Shown one piece after another: positions 51,155 through 64,000 of a stretch of 64,000 nt of DNA. The stretch comes from Squalus acanthias (lineage: Eukaryota), in assembly GCA_030390025.1 (NCBI GenBank), contig CM059453.1, positions 6,138,001-6,202,000 on the forward strand, read 5' to 3'. Under the pieces are notes generated by a model that saw only the letters and a program-made list of their open reading frames with translations, had not been told where the DNA came from and did no database searches. Position numbers and translations under genes: made by a program. Positions within the stretch are counted from its first letter, which is position 1. Every line of letters starts with the position of its first letter.

Positions 51155-51466
51155 CTTTCAGCTCCAAGGTAATATTTTGTGCTGAAGGAGTTGGGATATC
51201 ATCAATTAGAATTGTGCATCCCAGAATTTCCCCTTCATGAGCAGATGATGGTTTTAAGGTGATCACGGATGAAACTGTCCGAGAACCTGAACTTTCATTT
51301 CTAATTTCTGCTACAACTTGAGTATCCATTGGGGGAGAACGGGACACATTGTAGTTAAGCCACTTCAGTTTCAGGTTGCCTTCCGGGCAGTTGTGCGTGA
51401 TGGAACAGTTCAATCGTGCAGTTTGTCCAGCGATCAATTCCCCATCACCTGAAATCTCTGGCTTTT
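51155..51466 (-). CDS. Gene B Ig C2-set exon (domain 2)
   Basis: KPEISGDGELIAGQTARLNCSITHNCP..W..LGC; extra Cys for the interdomain bond, as in Siglecs. Confidence 0.88.
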
Positions 51467-52309
51467 CTATAAAAACGGGAGAAAACCAGCTTGTTTCAAT
51501 GTTAAAATGGGCTTACAACTAAATCTGAGCAAGAAATAACAAGGAAATCACATTTTGCTCATTTTTCTCTGCCACGTGTTGCAAGTGTGTCACCATTCTG
51601 AATTACTCCTCGCAGTTGTAATGCAGTTTTATGCCTCATCGGGTAACAAATGGCCCCACTTAAATAACCATTAGTCGTTATATATCCAAATTATTTGTAT
51701 CATGGATATTGTCCAGTGAACAAATTTTGCACCCTGACTTCGAATCAACGTTAACTCCTCAAATGTCACGAATATTTCATCCTATCGTATACCTTGTTCT
51801 GCACCAGGAATTGCCTATGCGATGGTGATTAATGCAGACCCAGAGAAATCTCGATTCTGTTGTCAAGAAACGTCAACATAGAACGATAATGCTCAAGACA
51901 TAGACAGACCAGACAAACAACGGGAAACACCAACGTGTGTGGGAGAAGCAGAGCAGGTTCCTTGTGTGTAAATCTGAAGAAGGCTTCCGCAGAAATAGTA
52001 TTTGTAACCGTGGGATTTGAATGAACAAATAAATTATAGCTTGAACTGATTTTCACGTTACTGAAATATTTAATTTTTATTTAAGATCTAATTAAAAGCG
52101 GGGTAAATGAGCGTTGGATAGGGAAAGGCACGAACAAAGACTGCATTAATTCAACGCCTTTTTAGTCCTCGCTACGTCAAAAGACGCTTCACCAAAAAGT
52201 AACTTGAAATGTAATCAAGCAGCCATTACCGACGGTAAATAGAGGAGATTATTGCAGAAGATATCAAAAGTTTGGATTTAAGGATATGGTAGAAATTGCA
52301 ATACAAACG

Positions 52310-53460
52310 GTTTAGAAGGGACGATGCAGCGAGTCGCTGTTAAGCGCAGTTGTTCAGAATAGTTGGATCCCAGTACGGTTTTCCATAGGGTTGTACTGTG
52401 GGATTGCTTCTACTCACTGTGTGCATCAATAATTTGGAGAAGGCGCTAAAGAGAAAAATGTCAAAATTTCCCGGCAGGAATTATTTGGATTTCATCAAAA
52501 TGAATATTGGGCGGGGTGTACAATTAGAGGCGCATCCAAAATCGTAGGTTTGAAACCCATGCCAACCTTGCAAGTACAACTCCCAGTTGATAACTAGAAA
52601 ACTTAAGCGATGTTACAAAAAGATACTGGAGATATAGTAGAATGGGGACATAAGAGGCAGATATAATTAAAGGTCAGAAAATGTGATGTGGTAGATGTTA
52701 ATTTGAACCGTAGGAAGCTGGGAGATGTGGAATCAGCAGAGGAATTTGGGTCAGGTTCATGAGACAGTAAAAGTGGCACCTCCAGTGGGAAAGTGTATGA
52801 AGATGTTTCTGGAGCTCTGGGTTTAATGGCAAGAGATCAATAATATAAATTCGAGAATAGTGGAGATTCTAACGAGAGCCGTAGTCAGTTCACATTTGGA
52901 GTAAGAATGCGGGTATTGGGCTCCAGACTATAGGAAGGATTTAGGGCGGATTCGCGTGGTTTCTGGCTGGTATGAGGATGTATAAATACCAAGCAAGTAT
53001 TTAATAATTGGTGCAGATATTATAAGGCTAAAACAGACTTTGGGACGATTTGATAGATGTGCTTCAACTTATTAAGCAACACGACAGAGGAGGTAGAAGC
53101 AGACTGAAGTAGAATTTGAAATGGCCAACGTGGTCAAAACTCTCATTCCAGATAAGTCACCCATTCTAGCAATCGCTCTCGTTTCATTATCTTTCATTTC
53201 ATTGGAAATAATGAGTTGCTGGTGAAGAACGACCTACAACGTCAGTTTTAGGTTCAGTAAGCAAGTACTAATCTATCCTCATGTGGACATTTCTTCATAG
53301 GTTCGACACGTGTTGGAAGGGAATTGCAAAACAGGGCTATGGGAACTTAGCAGGCAAATGCAATTCGGAGTGTTGCTCATGTGAAGGTCAAACAGCAACA
53401 CGGACTGTCTGGGCCAAACGGCCTGTTTTACTGCTGTAATTTCTATATACTTATGTGTTT
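52310..53460 (+). mobile_element. Highly decayed CR1 fragment(s)
   Basis: Recognisable 'gtactgtgg..ctactcactgtgtgcatcaataatttgga', 'cacatttggagta..tgggctccagactataggaaggat' and a CR1 tail at ~53410. Confidence 0.65.
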
Positions 53461-53627
53461 AGGATATCAGACATCTGCGACCCTTATCAGTATCCCTGCA
53501 ACCATTGTTTCAACTAACCTTTGAGATCCGTCAGAGATATTATAATATTTGCCCACTTTTCACATACGTTGATTCATACTGAAGCGCTGGAGTGAAAATG
53601 TACAAAAGGAACAAAGGGAAAACTCAC

Positions 53628-54008
53628 CTAAAACAGAAAGAAATACGTGAGGACGCTGATTGCGACGTCCATTAATATACCAGGCCGAAGAGAACTCGAA
53701 GCTGAGTTCGTATGTAGCCTCATCACTCTTCCTGATATCCTTTAGCCGGAAGGAACATTGATTCTTTTCAATGTTACACTTGAACTCAGCTCTTCCACGA
53801 TAGTTAAAATGCTGCCTGTATGGATCTTTAGAATCATAGATAATGGAGAAGCCAGGGATACGAGGAGCATGTTCCTTCTTTAACCACGTCACATCACCGA
53901 TCTTCCGATCGTCTGGATAATCAAACGTACACCGGATCTCTGCACATGAACCGGGCACCGCCGACACAGCTTTTGGTATCATCACAGAGAATTCAGCACT
54001 AAAAACAA
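53628..54008 (-). CDS. Gene B Siglec-type V-set exon
   Basis: GSCAEIRCTFDYP..W..YRGRAEF..CSFRLKDIRKSDEATY: Siglec cysteine pattern (B-E strand disulfide plus extra N-terminal Cys). Confidence 0.9.
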
Positions 54009-54647
54009 CTGAGCAAAATAAATTAGACACCCTTTAATTAGTCATTCAAAATGCATTTCAGCATCTTTATAATCCATTAAAGTATTTGTTAATTGACAAA
54101 TAATCGCCCATCACAATAGCAAATAAAATATCAGTCTTTTAAAAATCAAGAAAAAATACTGAATCATTTCCAATTACAACACCTATGGAAACGGCCATAG
54201 GAGTACCTATTTGATGGGAGATTTATGAACCGGTAATATACATAAACAACATATTTAATAATCATCTAAAAAACGAATACATATCCACTAACTAGTAAGC
54301 GAACGCCGAATAAATTTTCTCTTTAATTAGGTATTAAAATATTGATCAAAATAAATATTAAACATCGGATGAATCTCCTTTAAATCACTCAATCAATATG
54401 AAGTAAATTTTATTACATGTGCTTTACAATAAAAATAAGTTGAAAATCCTGTATTTAAATATTATTTGAATAGGCTGTATACGCTATAATACAACAACAA
54501 CGCACTTGTTAAACAATCATGACATTCCTATTTCACAAGTTCTGAAATGAATAACAAAACAATCATTCATATTCGTTATTATGCTGTTCCTTTCCCACAA
54601 GATATTAATCACTTGCAGAAATTGTAAAAAAAAGATCAGAAATGTAC

Positions 54648-54690
54648 CTTCTGTCAACATTATGAGAGGCAGCAACGTGCAACTCCTCAT
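54648..54690 (-). CDS. Gene B signal-peptide exon (MRSCTLLPLIMLTE)
   Basis: GCCATG start, 43 nt, /gtacat donor, phase 1. Confidence 0.75.
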
Positions 54691-55794
54691 GGCTAGAAAA
54701 TGCTGCCGATTTCACTCGCAAAATGAAGAACCCAATTCACAATTTACACCATTCAGATTTCAGCATTCTTCTTTCCAGTCACATCTTGGATTTCTTTGCT
54801 AATCAGCATCAGACTATCGGGGAAGTCCGATTCGAGAATACTGATCTGCAGGAACAGTGCTCACTCAATCAGCTCCGTTGGTGAGGTATAAGCTGGCACA
54901 TCATGTACATGGGCTGCGTGTGAACGACTGTTACAGAATATGATGTTATGGTATGTTTAACCGTTGCAAAATAATACTTAATACAGAAACAACATCTCTC
55001 TCTCTCTCTCTCTCTCTCTCGAACAAACACATAGAAACACCAAATGTACAGTTACTTATGATGCTGATATGTCGACGGCTGCCTCAGAATGTGCAGCCCA
55101 CGCTTGCATTTGACTCACATTTCACACATATTCAGCTTGCTGGCAGCTAATACGAGATGAATGTTGCAGAGGTGTAACTACAGTTAGTTAGCTTGCTGCA
55201 GTCTGTGGAAGTGCGGTTTCGTCACTTTCGTTAAGGAGCGCTACATATGCATCTCTGACGTCATAGATAGGAGCTGTTCCACAGTAAACCGTTTTATGCT
55301 GTGGTAAATAGCCTTTCTTCTGCTTAAATTAAATCTTTACATTCACACTCAAGCTCGCTAATTTTGCAGAACTTAAAAGAAAATCTACCCTATTTGTTGC
55401 AGTGCTTTTATTGCAAGTTAGGTTTGAGGTCTGGGACGTGTAAAATGGACTTGTAGCTTTTTGTCGAAAATGCAAACACCGCTGGAAAATATGTAGCTGA
55501 AAGTGATTGAAACAACAGGTCCTGCAACATGATCAGTGTGGGCAGAATCCTGGATACATAGTAATTCTCAGCCATTTTTTCTCCAGTTTCACTGGGAGCA
55601 AGTGCAATGAAATTGACGTGTGTTCAGGATCGAACTAATTATTCCAATTGGGGACAAGAGGCTCAGATCTTAAAATCAACTTCGCCAGAATCAGTCATCA
55701 GTTGATTTATTATTTGAATTCAACGTGAATGAACATCGGGCGGGGTGATTTATGTTGGGCTGAGCCCTCCCACACGTTTCCCACCCGGCCAGGG

Positions 55795-56642
55795 ATATTA
55801 TAATATTTGCCCACTTTGCACATAGATTGATTCATCCTGAAGCACTGAAGTGAAAATCTACGAAACGAGCGCACAACTCCTCATGGCTGGAATCTGCTGC
55901 CGAATTCACTCTCAAATTTAAGAACCTGTTTCACAATTAAACCCATTCAGATTTCTGAATTCTTCTTTCCAGTCACATCTTGGATTTCATTGCTAATCAG
56001 GATCAGACTATCGCGGAAGTCCGTTTCGATTCCTACCGATCTGCAGGAACAGTGTACACTCAATCAGGTCCGTTGGTGAGGTAGGCAGCTAGCACATCTT
56101 GTGCACGGTCAGCGTGTGACCGACTGTAAGAGAATATGATGTTATGGTATGTTTAACAGTTTCTAAAGAATACTTAATACAGAAACAACATCTCGCTCTC
56201 TCTAATAAACACACACAAGCACCAAATGTACTTTTACTTATGATATTGATATATTGGCGTCTGTGTCAGAATAGCACCGCCCACGCTTGCAGAAGCCTCT
56301 GACTCACAATTCACACATATTCAGCTTTCTGCCAGCTAATACGAGATGAATGATGGAGAGTGGTTAACTACAGTTAGTTAGCTTGCTGCAGTCTGTGAAC
56401 GTGTGGTTTCGTCACTTTCGTTAAGGAGCGCTACATATGCATCTCTGACGTCATAGATAGGAGATGTTTGACAGTTAACCGTTTTACGCTGTGGTAAACA
56501 GCCTTTCTTCAAATTGATTTAACTCTTTACATTTACATTTATGCTCAGTAATTTTGCAGTATTAAACACAAATTCCAACCTATTTGTTGCAGTTCTTTTA
56601 TTAAAATTTAGTTATGAGGTCTGGGACGAGTGAAATGGACTT
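55795..56642 (-). pseudogene. Duplicated promoter/exon-1 remnant of gene B with the V exon deleted
   Basis: 55795-55865 matches 53537-53610 and is fused directly to a copy of 54680-55452. Confidence 0.8.
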
Positions 56643-56699
56643 AAGGTTCTATCGTAAATACAAATATTGCTGTAACAGACACAGATAAAATTGATTGAA

Positions 56700-57040
56700 C
56701 CGTTCGTTTCGGCCAAACAGATCAGTGTGGTCAATATGGGGAGACACAGTAATTCTCATTGGCCACCTGGTGCGGAGGGGAAGTCGCCGGACCACCTCGT
56801 GGGTCAGCTCCTGGGCTTGGCCAAGGTGGCCATTCACAGGTCCAGGCAGTACCCGGTCCAGGGGAACATTTGGTCTGACTGCCTGTTTCGCAACACGTTC
56901 CTGTGTCCCTGGAGTGGGAGCATGCGGTGATTCCCGGTATGCCTGAGGCCTTCCGCGAGCGGTGGACACCGGAGGGTCGAGAGAGCATTGTCCATACGGC
57001 CAAAAATGATATAATTTCACAAAGTTTCTCCTTATATTTA
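56700..57040 (+). mobile_element. Tx1-type (L1 clade) LINE ORF2 C-terminal fragment
   Basis: LLGLAKVAIHRSRQ...SLEWEHAV..EAFRERW.PEG. Confidence 0.75.
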
Positions 57041-57694
57041 ATGACAAATTGGACCTTTTTGATTCTGCGTAAAAGTGGGGCAATTGCGTTAATTTTTATT
57101 AGATTGGTGACACGTCGTCCTCACTGGCCAATCAGAGAAACGTAAGATTGGCACATTTCTCAAGAAACACACCCCGCTTTGTGATGCTGTTGAAATGCCC
57201 CCTGTTTCAGTCACGCATCGATTCCGCTCAATTGCCCAGGTTCATGGGAGAGTTTACATTAGGGGCTTATGCTGATGAGTGTGAGTGGAAACTTGAACGT
57301 AACTTTAGCTAGTCAAAAGTGGCACAATTTCCTCTGTGTTCTGGGTGCAGTTTGCAATTAAGCCACCAGCGGAAAATCCCTGCCAGCTTTACTAAACTAG
57401 GTAGATCTAGGCACACAGAGAATGGGAGAGGAAGACAGCGAGAGGGAGACAGTAAAGTTATGCACAGTGAACATGAAGGGATTAGCTACAAATTGAGAAA
57501 GTAACGGTAACAAGAGATGAACTTTTGAAAAACAAGTATATCCTTAGTGGCCTGTAAACAGAGAGGAAGTGAAATAAAGGAAGGAAGCACAGCAAACTGG
57601 GCCTTGTGTGGAGCTTCATTGAGCAGGGTGCATTGCACCAACCGCCACTGTGGGATTGACCAGACATTATGGTTTATTTTATTGTTAAAGCAAA

Positions 57695-58121
57695 CTGAGA
57701 CCTGGACTGAACAAACATTCCTGAACTAGTGAGTAAAGCCAAGCTGAGATCTGGGTCTGAACTCACATCCCTAAACTAGTCAGTAAAGCCAAGCTGAGAC
57801 CTGGATCTGAACACACTTCCCTAAACTAGTCAGTGAAGCCAAGCTGAGACATGGGTCTGAACACACCTCCCTAAACTAGTTAGTAAAGCCAAGCTGAGAC
57901 CTGGGTCTGAACACACATCCCTGAACTAGTCAGTAAAGCCAAGCTGAGACCTGGGTCTGAACACACATCGCTAAACTAGTCAGCAAATCCCAGCTGAGAC
58001 CTGGGTCTGAACACACATCCCTAAACTAGTCCGTGAAGCCAAGCTGAGCGCTGGGTCTGAACACACATCCCTAAACTAGTCAGTAAAGCCAAGCTGAGAC
58101 ATGGGTGTGAAAACACATCGC
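57695..58121. repeat. 50-bp minisatellite (CTAAACTAGTCAGTAAAGCCAAGCTGAGACCTGGGTCTGAACACACATCC), ~8.5 copies
   Basis: Unit starts at 57721, 57771 ... 58071. Confidence 0.95.
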
Positions 58122-59904
58122 TGGGATTTGTTCTCGTAGATAAAAATATCCACATTCTTTCTAGCAGCGCTGAGACTCGAATCTAAAAGCTCAAGTCACA
58201 CCTCACAGTTCTAACACTAAAGTCAGAAATTTCATAAACCATTCATTGTTTCAACTCGGCTCTCATTGAGTTAATTTCAGCAGATTTCAACTCGCTGGTC
58301 TGTTAATATAAACAGCTGAAGTCACTTCTAAAAATATCACTTTACGCTCTTGTAACTGTTTTATGAGAAACACTTAAACTTTTGACATTTCAGATATGTG
58401 CTGTGCCCCCGAAATACTGAAGGTGATCAACCCACACGTCTGTCGACAACGGCTACAGAAATACCCACAGCTTCTGACTTGAAACACTCGCAGTTCAAGC
58501 GCTGATAAATAGCTCGGTGTATGGGAGTTGAGAGTCGAGGCGTCTAAAGTTGATGTAGAGGCTATTTTTGCTATTGCAAACTAAAGTACCACTGACTGTA
58601 CTGTAACTGTGCAGATGATGAGAGGGTTGGGTGCATCTCTGCTCAGGGTTCTTTAGCAGTAAGTGAGCCTCATATATCCTGCAACAGCGGGCCACACAAT
58701 GATGTAAACAGTTATATTTGAGGAGCCCCAGATTTCCAGCAGTTTCGATCACCAACATTTGCGGAGTGGCGAAAGCTGTGTGAGCTACCACGGTTCCCAA
58801 TGATTGGTGGGTGGCGAACAGCTGCACTCCTAATACTCTGAATCGATTCATTACGAACTCCAATATATTACTGGCGAACCGAACACAGAAACTACATCAC
58901 TTCTATCTGAGATAACAAAATTTTATGTCATTCTGATATCGTCAACCACCTCCAGTCATGAAGAGTATTCTACTTATTTCCATTCTGATATTTAGCGAAG
59001 GTTAAATATTCATTTATAATAATTTATGTCAGAAAAATAACAATGCTTTAGACATAGCATACGATTAGTCAATGATTTGTGCATTCACACAGTGGGTATT
59101 TACTGTACATTTTATTCGGAAATTTTGTTGTGTATTATATAGGATTGATTTGATAATTAGACTATGATTTATTGGCTTGCAATGGAATATTTAATATTAT
59201 TTAAAGTGTTTTGGTGAAAATTGCACGAATTTCATTAGATGTACTAATGAATATGTTAGTGGGTGTTTAACGGTTAAATTAATAGTATTTAACTTGACGG
59301 TCAGTGTATGTTTAAATTGCTTTTTTCTTGCAGATTTCAATGGGTGTACAATTTCTATTTTTTCAGCATTTGTCCACAGTTCACATGGTCTGTGAGGATG
59401 CCGTGGAAGGTGTCGGCGCTGAACGGGTCATGTGCAGAGATCCCGTGTACATTTGATTATCCCGCCTTTGGACGCAGTCCACAGTGTATGTGGTTAAAGT
59501 GGGGTCCTGATCCTGGAACCTCAGGGGTGTCGATTATCTATGATTCCCGGGATTCAGAAAACGTGCCCTTGAAATATAGCGGTCGAGCTGAGTTCACCGG
59601 CGAATTTATAAAGAAACAATGTTCCTTCCGGTTAAAGGACATCAGCAAGCGCGATCAAGGTGCCTATTATTTCATATTGAAGATCGTCACTGCCCAGAAT
59701 AATATAGAAGGATATTCTTCCGGATCTAAGGTCACTCTTTCTGTTTTACTTAAGTTTTTAAAATTGTTCATTTATAGTTTATATTCCATCTCCTCAGTAC
59801 CATTTAACTTGAGCTTAAATGTGATGACTTCTTGTTACTCTTGGCCCAAGTTACAGGCTACAGAAGCAGTGCTGGTACACGGCATAATACCCATGAGTGT
59901 GTTA

Positions 59905-61500
59905 TAGAATAGAATCATAGAATCATCCAGAACAGAAGGAGGCCATTCGGCCCACCACGCCTGTGACGGCTCTTTGAAAGAGCTATACAATTTAGTCCCA
60001 CTGCCATCTTTTTCCACAGAACCTTGTAAATCAGCCTTTTTTTTAGGACTGCTCCAATTGCTTTAAACAAATCCCATTGAATCGGATTCCACAAGACTTT
60101 CAGGTGGTGCATTCTAAATCTTAGCAACCCTCTGGGTGAAGAAATTTCTCCCCATTTCCCCACGAGTTATTATTCCAATTGCTTTAAATGTGAGACCTTT
60201 GATTACCAACCCAAATGCCAGAGGAAATGGTTTCTCCTTAATTATTCTACCAAAACCCCTCAATTTTGAATAGCACTGTTAGGTCTCCCGTTATCCGTAT
60301 CTGCTATAAGGAGAATAAGCCCAACTTCTCCAATCTCTACACGTTTCTGAACGTCCTCGTCCCTGGTATTATCCTGGCAAACTTCTTCTGTACCTCCTCC
60401 AGGGCCTTGATCTCCTTCCTCAAGTGTAATGCCGAGAACTGTACACAAAACTCCAGCTGAGTCCGAACCAGAGACTTGTGAAACTTGAACATGACTTCCT
60501 TGTTTTTGTTTTCAACGCCCCTATGTAAAAAGAACCGAAGTATCCTATGTGCTTTCTTTTTAAACGCCTTATCAATTTACCCTGACATCTTCAAAGTTTT
60601 GTCAATATGTACCCCATGTCCCTCTGTTCTTGCAGCCTCCCTCAAAATAGTACTATTTAGAGTATGTTGCCTCTCCATATATTTCTCCCAAAGTGCATTT
60701 GTGCTTCACACTTATCCGCAGTAAATTGCTTCTGCCATGTGCCTGCCCATTTTAACAGGCTGTAGATGTCCTCCTAAAGTCTGCTGCAATCATGCTCACT
60801 ATTTAATACGTTGCCAAGTTTTGTATCACCCGCAAACTTCGAAACGTTACTCCCAATACCCAGTCCAGATCATTTATATAGAACAAGAATAGCAATGGTA
60901 CTACTATCGACCCCCTGGCGGATCCCACAGCATACTTCGCTCCTGTCAGAAAAGCAGCCGTTCACTACGACTCTCTGCCTCATATCAATTAACCGATTTC
61001 GTAATCACGTTGCCACCATCCCTTAAACACACTGTTCTTCTATTTTCCGAATAGTTTGTTATGAGTTACTTCATCTAATGCCTTTTGAACGTCCACATAT
61101 ACAACATCTACTGCACAACCTTCATCAATCCTCTCTATTACTTCATCAAATAACTCAATCAGGATAGTCAGTCACGATTTGCCTTTAACAAAGCGATGCT
61201 GGCTGTCCCTATAAAATCCATGCGTCTCCAAGTGAGAATTAATCTCGTCCTTCACAGCGGACTTATTTAGCTTTCCCAACACTGACGTTTGACTGATTAA
61301 GCTTTAGTTCCCAGGTTCATCCGTCTCCACTTTTTTGAACAGCGGTGTAACATTTGAAATGCTCTAGTCTTCTGCCCCACTCCAATATCCAAGGAGGATT
61401 GAAAGATTGTGGTCAGAGCTTCTGCTATATCCATCCTAGTTTTCGAGCAACCTCGGATGCATCCCATCTGGACCAGTTGATTTGTTACTTTTTGACCTGA
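59905..61500 (-). mobile_element. Decayed CR1 LINE fragment
   Basis: Reverse-complement CR1 tail at 59905-59960 and RT-region text through ~61480. Confidence 0.85.
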
Positions 61501-61729
61501 ACAGATATTCAGTACTGCCATTCTTACACACTTACAGAAGTTCGCTTTAATGTTCAGTTAGAAAGAGAAACACTAAATGTTTTATTCAGATGTACAGACT
61601 GCCGGGTCAAAATTCAATAATTAGTGGATTCGGGACAAAAATGTCAAGGTTTTTACTTCTGAGGAGAAAAAGAGGACAAGATTTAAGGATAGGAGGGATA
61701 TCTAAGCAATGCAATAGTGACCAGATGAT

Positions 61730-61950
61730 CTGATTTAGTTGCTGGTTGATGCAAAATATTAACCAGGACACGGGTCATTTGAAATAATACATTGGGATAT
61801 TTTACATCCACCTGTGAGGGACGACGGGACATCGGTTTAACGTTTCATTCATAAGATGGCATCTCCAGCATTGTAGCATTGCATCTGTACTGCAATGGAG
61901 TGTCAGGCTACAGCTTGTGCTTTAGTCTCTGAAGTGGGGCTTAAACCCCG
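61730..61950 (-). mobile_element. Deu-domain-like SINE fragment
   Basis: GGGATATTTTACATCCACCTG..CGGTTTAACGTTTCAT..AAGATGGCATCTCC..GGAGTGTCAG. Confidence 0.65.
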
Positions 61951-64000
61951 AAACGGGTCTTGCTTTCTTCTGATATCTTTGCACTTTCCCGCTGTTGTTA
62001 ATGGGAACAAACGAAGATAGTTAACCTTTTCCTCTCCCTGAAGACCATCTGCAGCGCTCCTATCAGGACCTTAAATGAGGTCAAATTAATTATAGCCAAG
62101 AGTTAAATTCACCCCTGTGCCTCATAGGGTAAATTAAGCGTTTCACGTCACACTGAGCCATTAGTCTAAGAGTATCCAAGATTCTATCCCAACTGCAGAT
62201 ATGGAACATAATCTTGGACCCAGTTTTCTATGTTTTGTCGGACCTAATTTTGAGTTGAAACACTTCTGTGCAATAGAGTGGTGACTGAACTATACTAAAC
62301 TGGCCAACAATGAATAACTCATGTTATATATTGGGTCATAATTAGGTTCAGGAACACATATAACAACCGATTGCTTACGTAACCATTAAGTAATAACTGA
62401 CAATAGGTTCCTTCCCCTGCACCATAGAGTCATAACGGCACAGAAGGAGGTCATTCGGTCCATCGAGTCCGTTCCGTCATAAGATATTAAGTGCAAAAAA
62501 ATATTGTTTTTATTCAAGCTATTATCTAAGGCGTTGGGCTGAATCGCCTTGACTTTCACTACACTTTTTTTGCATTGAAAGGCACTGTAACGCGAATTCC
62601 TTTCCCTCCTTACAGATAAGTCATGGATATCAGTCTCTGGGGAACTGATTGCTGGACAACCAGCACATTTGATCTGCTCAGTCACCACCAGTTTCCCGTC
62701 CGCCAAACCTGAACTGATGTGGATTCAGGACGAGGATAAACTTCCTTCACTGCAAGAGACTAAAACTTCAATACACAATGGCGAAAGTTTGGAGGGTTCC
62801 TGGACGATTTCATCAACTTTCACCTTCTCCCCATCACTGGACCATAAAGGGAGATGGATGGGATATAAGCTTGTAGTCGATGGTGTCGTGGGTACTGTTC
62901 AAGAAACACTTACACTGGACTGTAAGTAACTGCTGTACCCTTCATTTTCCCATCGTGTTGTTAAATCGAATCCAAACATGTCTTTATTCTCAGTGGAGTG
63001 ATAGCTGGCCTGGAAAATTGAAAAATTCAAAACTGCGATGGATAGATTTTTTTTGTTAAGTTTATTAAGGGTTACAGTAAAGCAAATGCGGGTAGACGGA
63101 GTTACGATATGGATTAACCATGATCAAATTGATTAGTGGAACAGACTGGAAGTGCTGAATGGCCTATGTTTCTATAATCAATGAATCAAATTGACGAGCT
63201 GAGATTTATTGTAAGTTGTATTATTTAACATTGATACAGACACATGGAGTAATATTGGTCGCTCCGTGGTTGTCGTTTACGTCAAATATTACTCCAAAGG
63301 CTCTTAATTCCTGATATAGTTGCAGACAGAGAGTAGCTGACACAGAGGGTCTGTGTCGAGTTGGCTAGGGCGGTGTCCAGGTTACTAGAATTGACCTAAA
63401 CAGCTCTGTTTAAAAAGGATGTGAGAGCCCATTGTTCTTGCTCTGGGAGGAATGGCCGCTTGATTGACGTATCTGTGGAGCAGAAACACGTCCAGGCAGT
63501 CACTACAACTCTTTGAAGAGAAGAGGAGGAAAGGTTCAGTTAAAGCATGTTTCAGATCTAAATATGCTTGTCGGTGGAACATCAACAATCTCAAGCTGGC
63601 TTTTCAATTTACAGTTGACAATATAACCATCAAATCTGCTTCAATATTCTTCGTTGGTTGTCAACCGGATTTTTTTTTAAACCTCTGCTCCGACATTCTC
63701 CAATAACATCAATAATCTCGCTTGTTTCACATGCACTGTGGAAACCAAGCGTCAATTCCTCTATAGTAACAGTGGAAGGAAGTTCATTATTATTATACTG
63801 AACGGCCATGGGGAACCCGCCGGTCAGTTTAACATTGCTCCGAGTTCGGACAGAGATCAGCAGGCCTTCCACCGGTGAACTAAAGCAGATATTTCACAGC
63901 ATTTGTTCTGAAGATGAGGGGGAGTATTGAGGCGTGGCTGAAAACAACCTGGGCACCGCAAACAGCTCAACTCAGATTTCTGTACAAAGTAAGTGTTATG

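Larger units (their letters stand above)
40952..54690 (-). pseudogene. Siglec/MAG/CD22-like receptor gene B (signal, V, C2, C2, MAG-D5-like Ig, TM, two cytoplasmic exons); premature stop and frameshift
   Basis: Eight exons with canonical splice sites and compatible phases: 54648-54690, 53628-54008, 51155-51466, 50312-50569, 49097-49384, 48187-48274, 45521-45608, 40952-41125. TAA at 50325-50327. Confidence 0.85.
58958..63988 (+). pseudogene. Siglec/MAG-like pseudogene C (signal 58958-59000, V ~59367-59749, C2 62616-62921, C2 63731-63988; continues past the window)
   Basis: MKSILLISILIFSE; GSCAEIPCTFDYP..YSGRAEF..CSFRLKDI. The V-exon donor is mutated (ttaagt), Cys residues are lost in domain 2, and domain 3 has a mutated acceptor and two TGA codons. 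Confidence 0.88.

Overview
Vertebrate genomic DNA, very probably a cartilaginous fish (shark-type CR1 LINE and SINE tails). Three layers are visible. (1) A decaying cluster of Siglec/MAG/CD22-like Ig receptors: the 3' end of gene A (+, 1638-6148), an 8-exon gene B (-, 54690-40952) with a premature stop and a frameshift, a head-to-head pseudogene C (+, 58958 to past the window end), two orphan terminal exons (29 kb and 31.7 kb) and a deleted promoter/exon-1 duplicate (55.8-56.6 kb). (2) A ~15.5-kb displaced rDNA piece (7518-22995, - strand): a degenerate 3' part of 28S rRNA, the 3'ETS and a long repetitive spacer containing a solo LTR. Inside the 28S is a ~1.2-kb element with an intact HDV-like ribozyme core of the R2 retrotransposon type, decayed zinc-finger/Myb-like remnants and no RT or endonuclease. 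It looks like a non-autonomous R2 derivative (SIDE) replacing roughly 0.7 kb of 28S, and is the best candidate for an undescribed system here. (3) Dense repeats: CR1 LINEs, a Tx1 fragment, SINEs, Harbinger-like MITEs, LTRs and minisatellites. The N-runs within 28S appear to be true-length masks (the first equals the expected 154 nt), and one hides the element's 5' junction. Reference sequences (28S, R2, SINE consensus) were recalled from memory, not searched.
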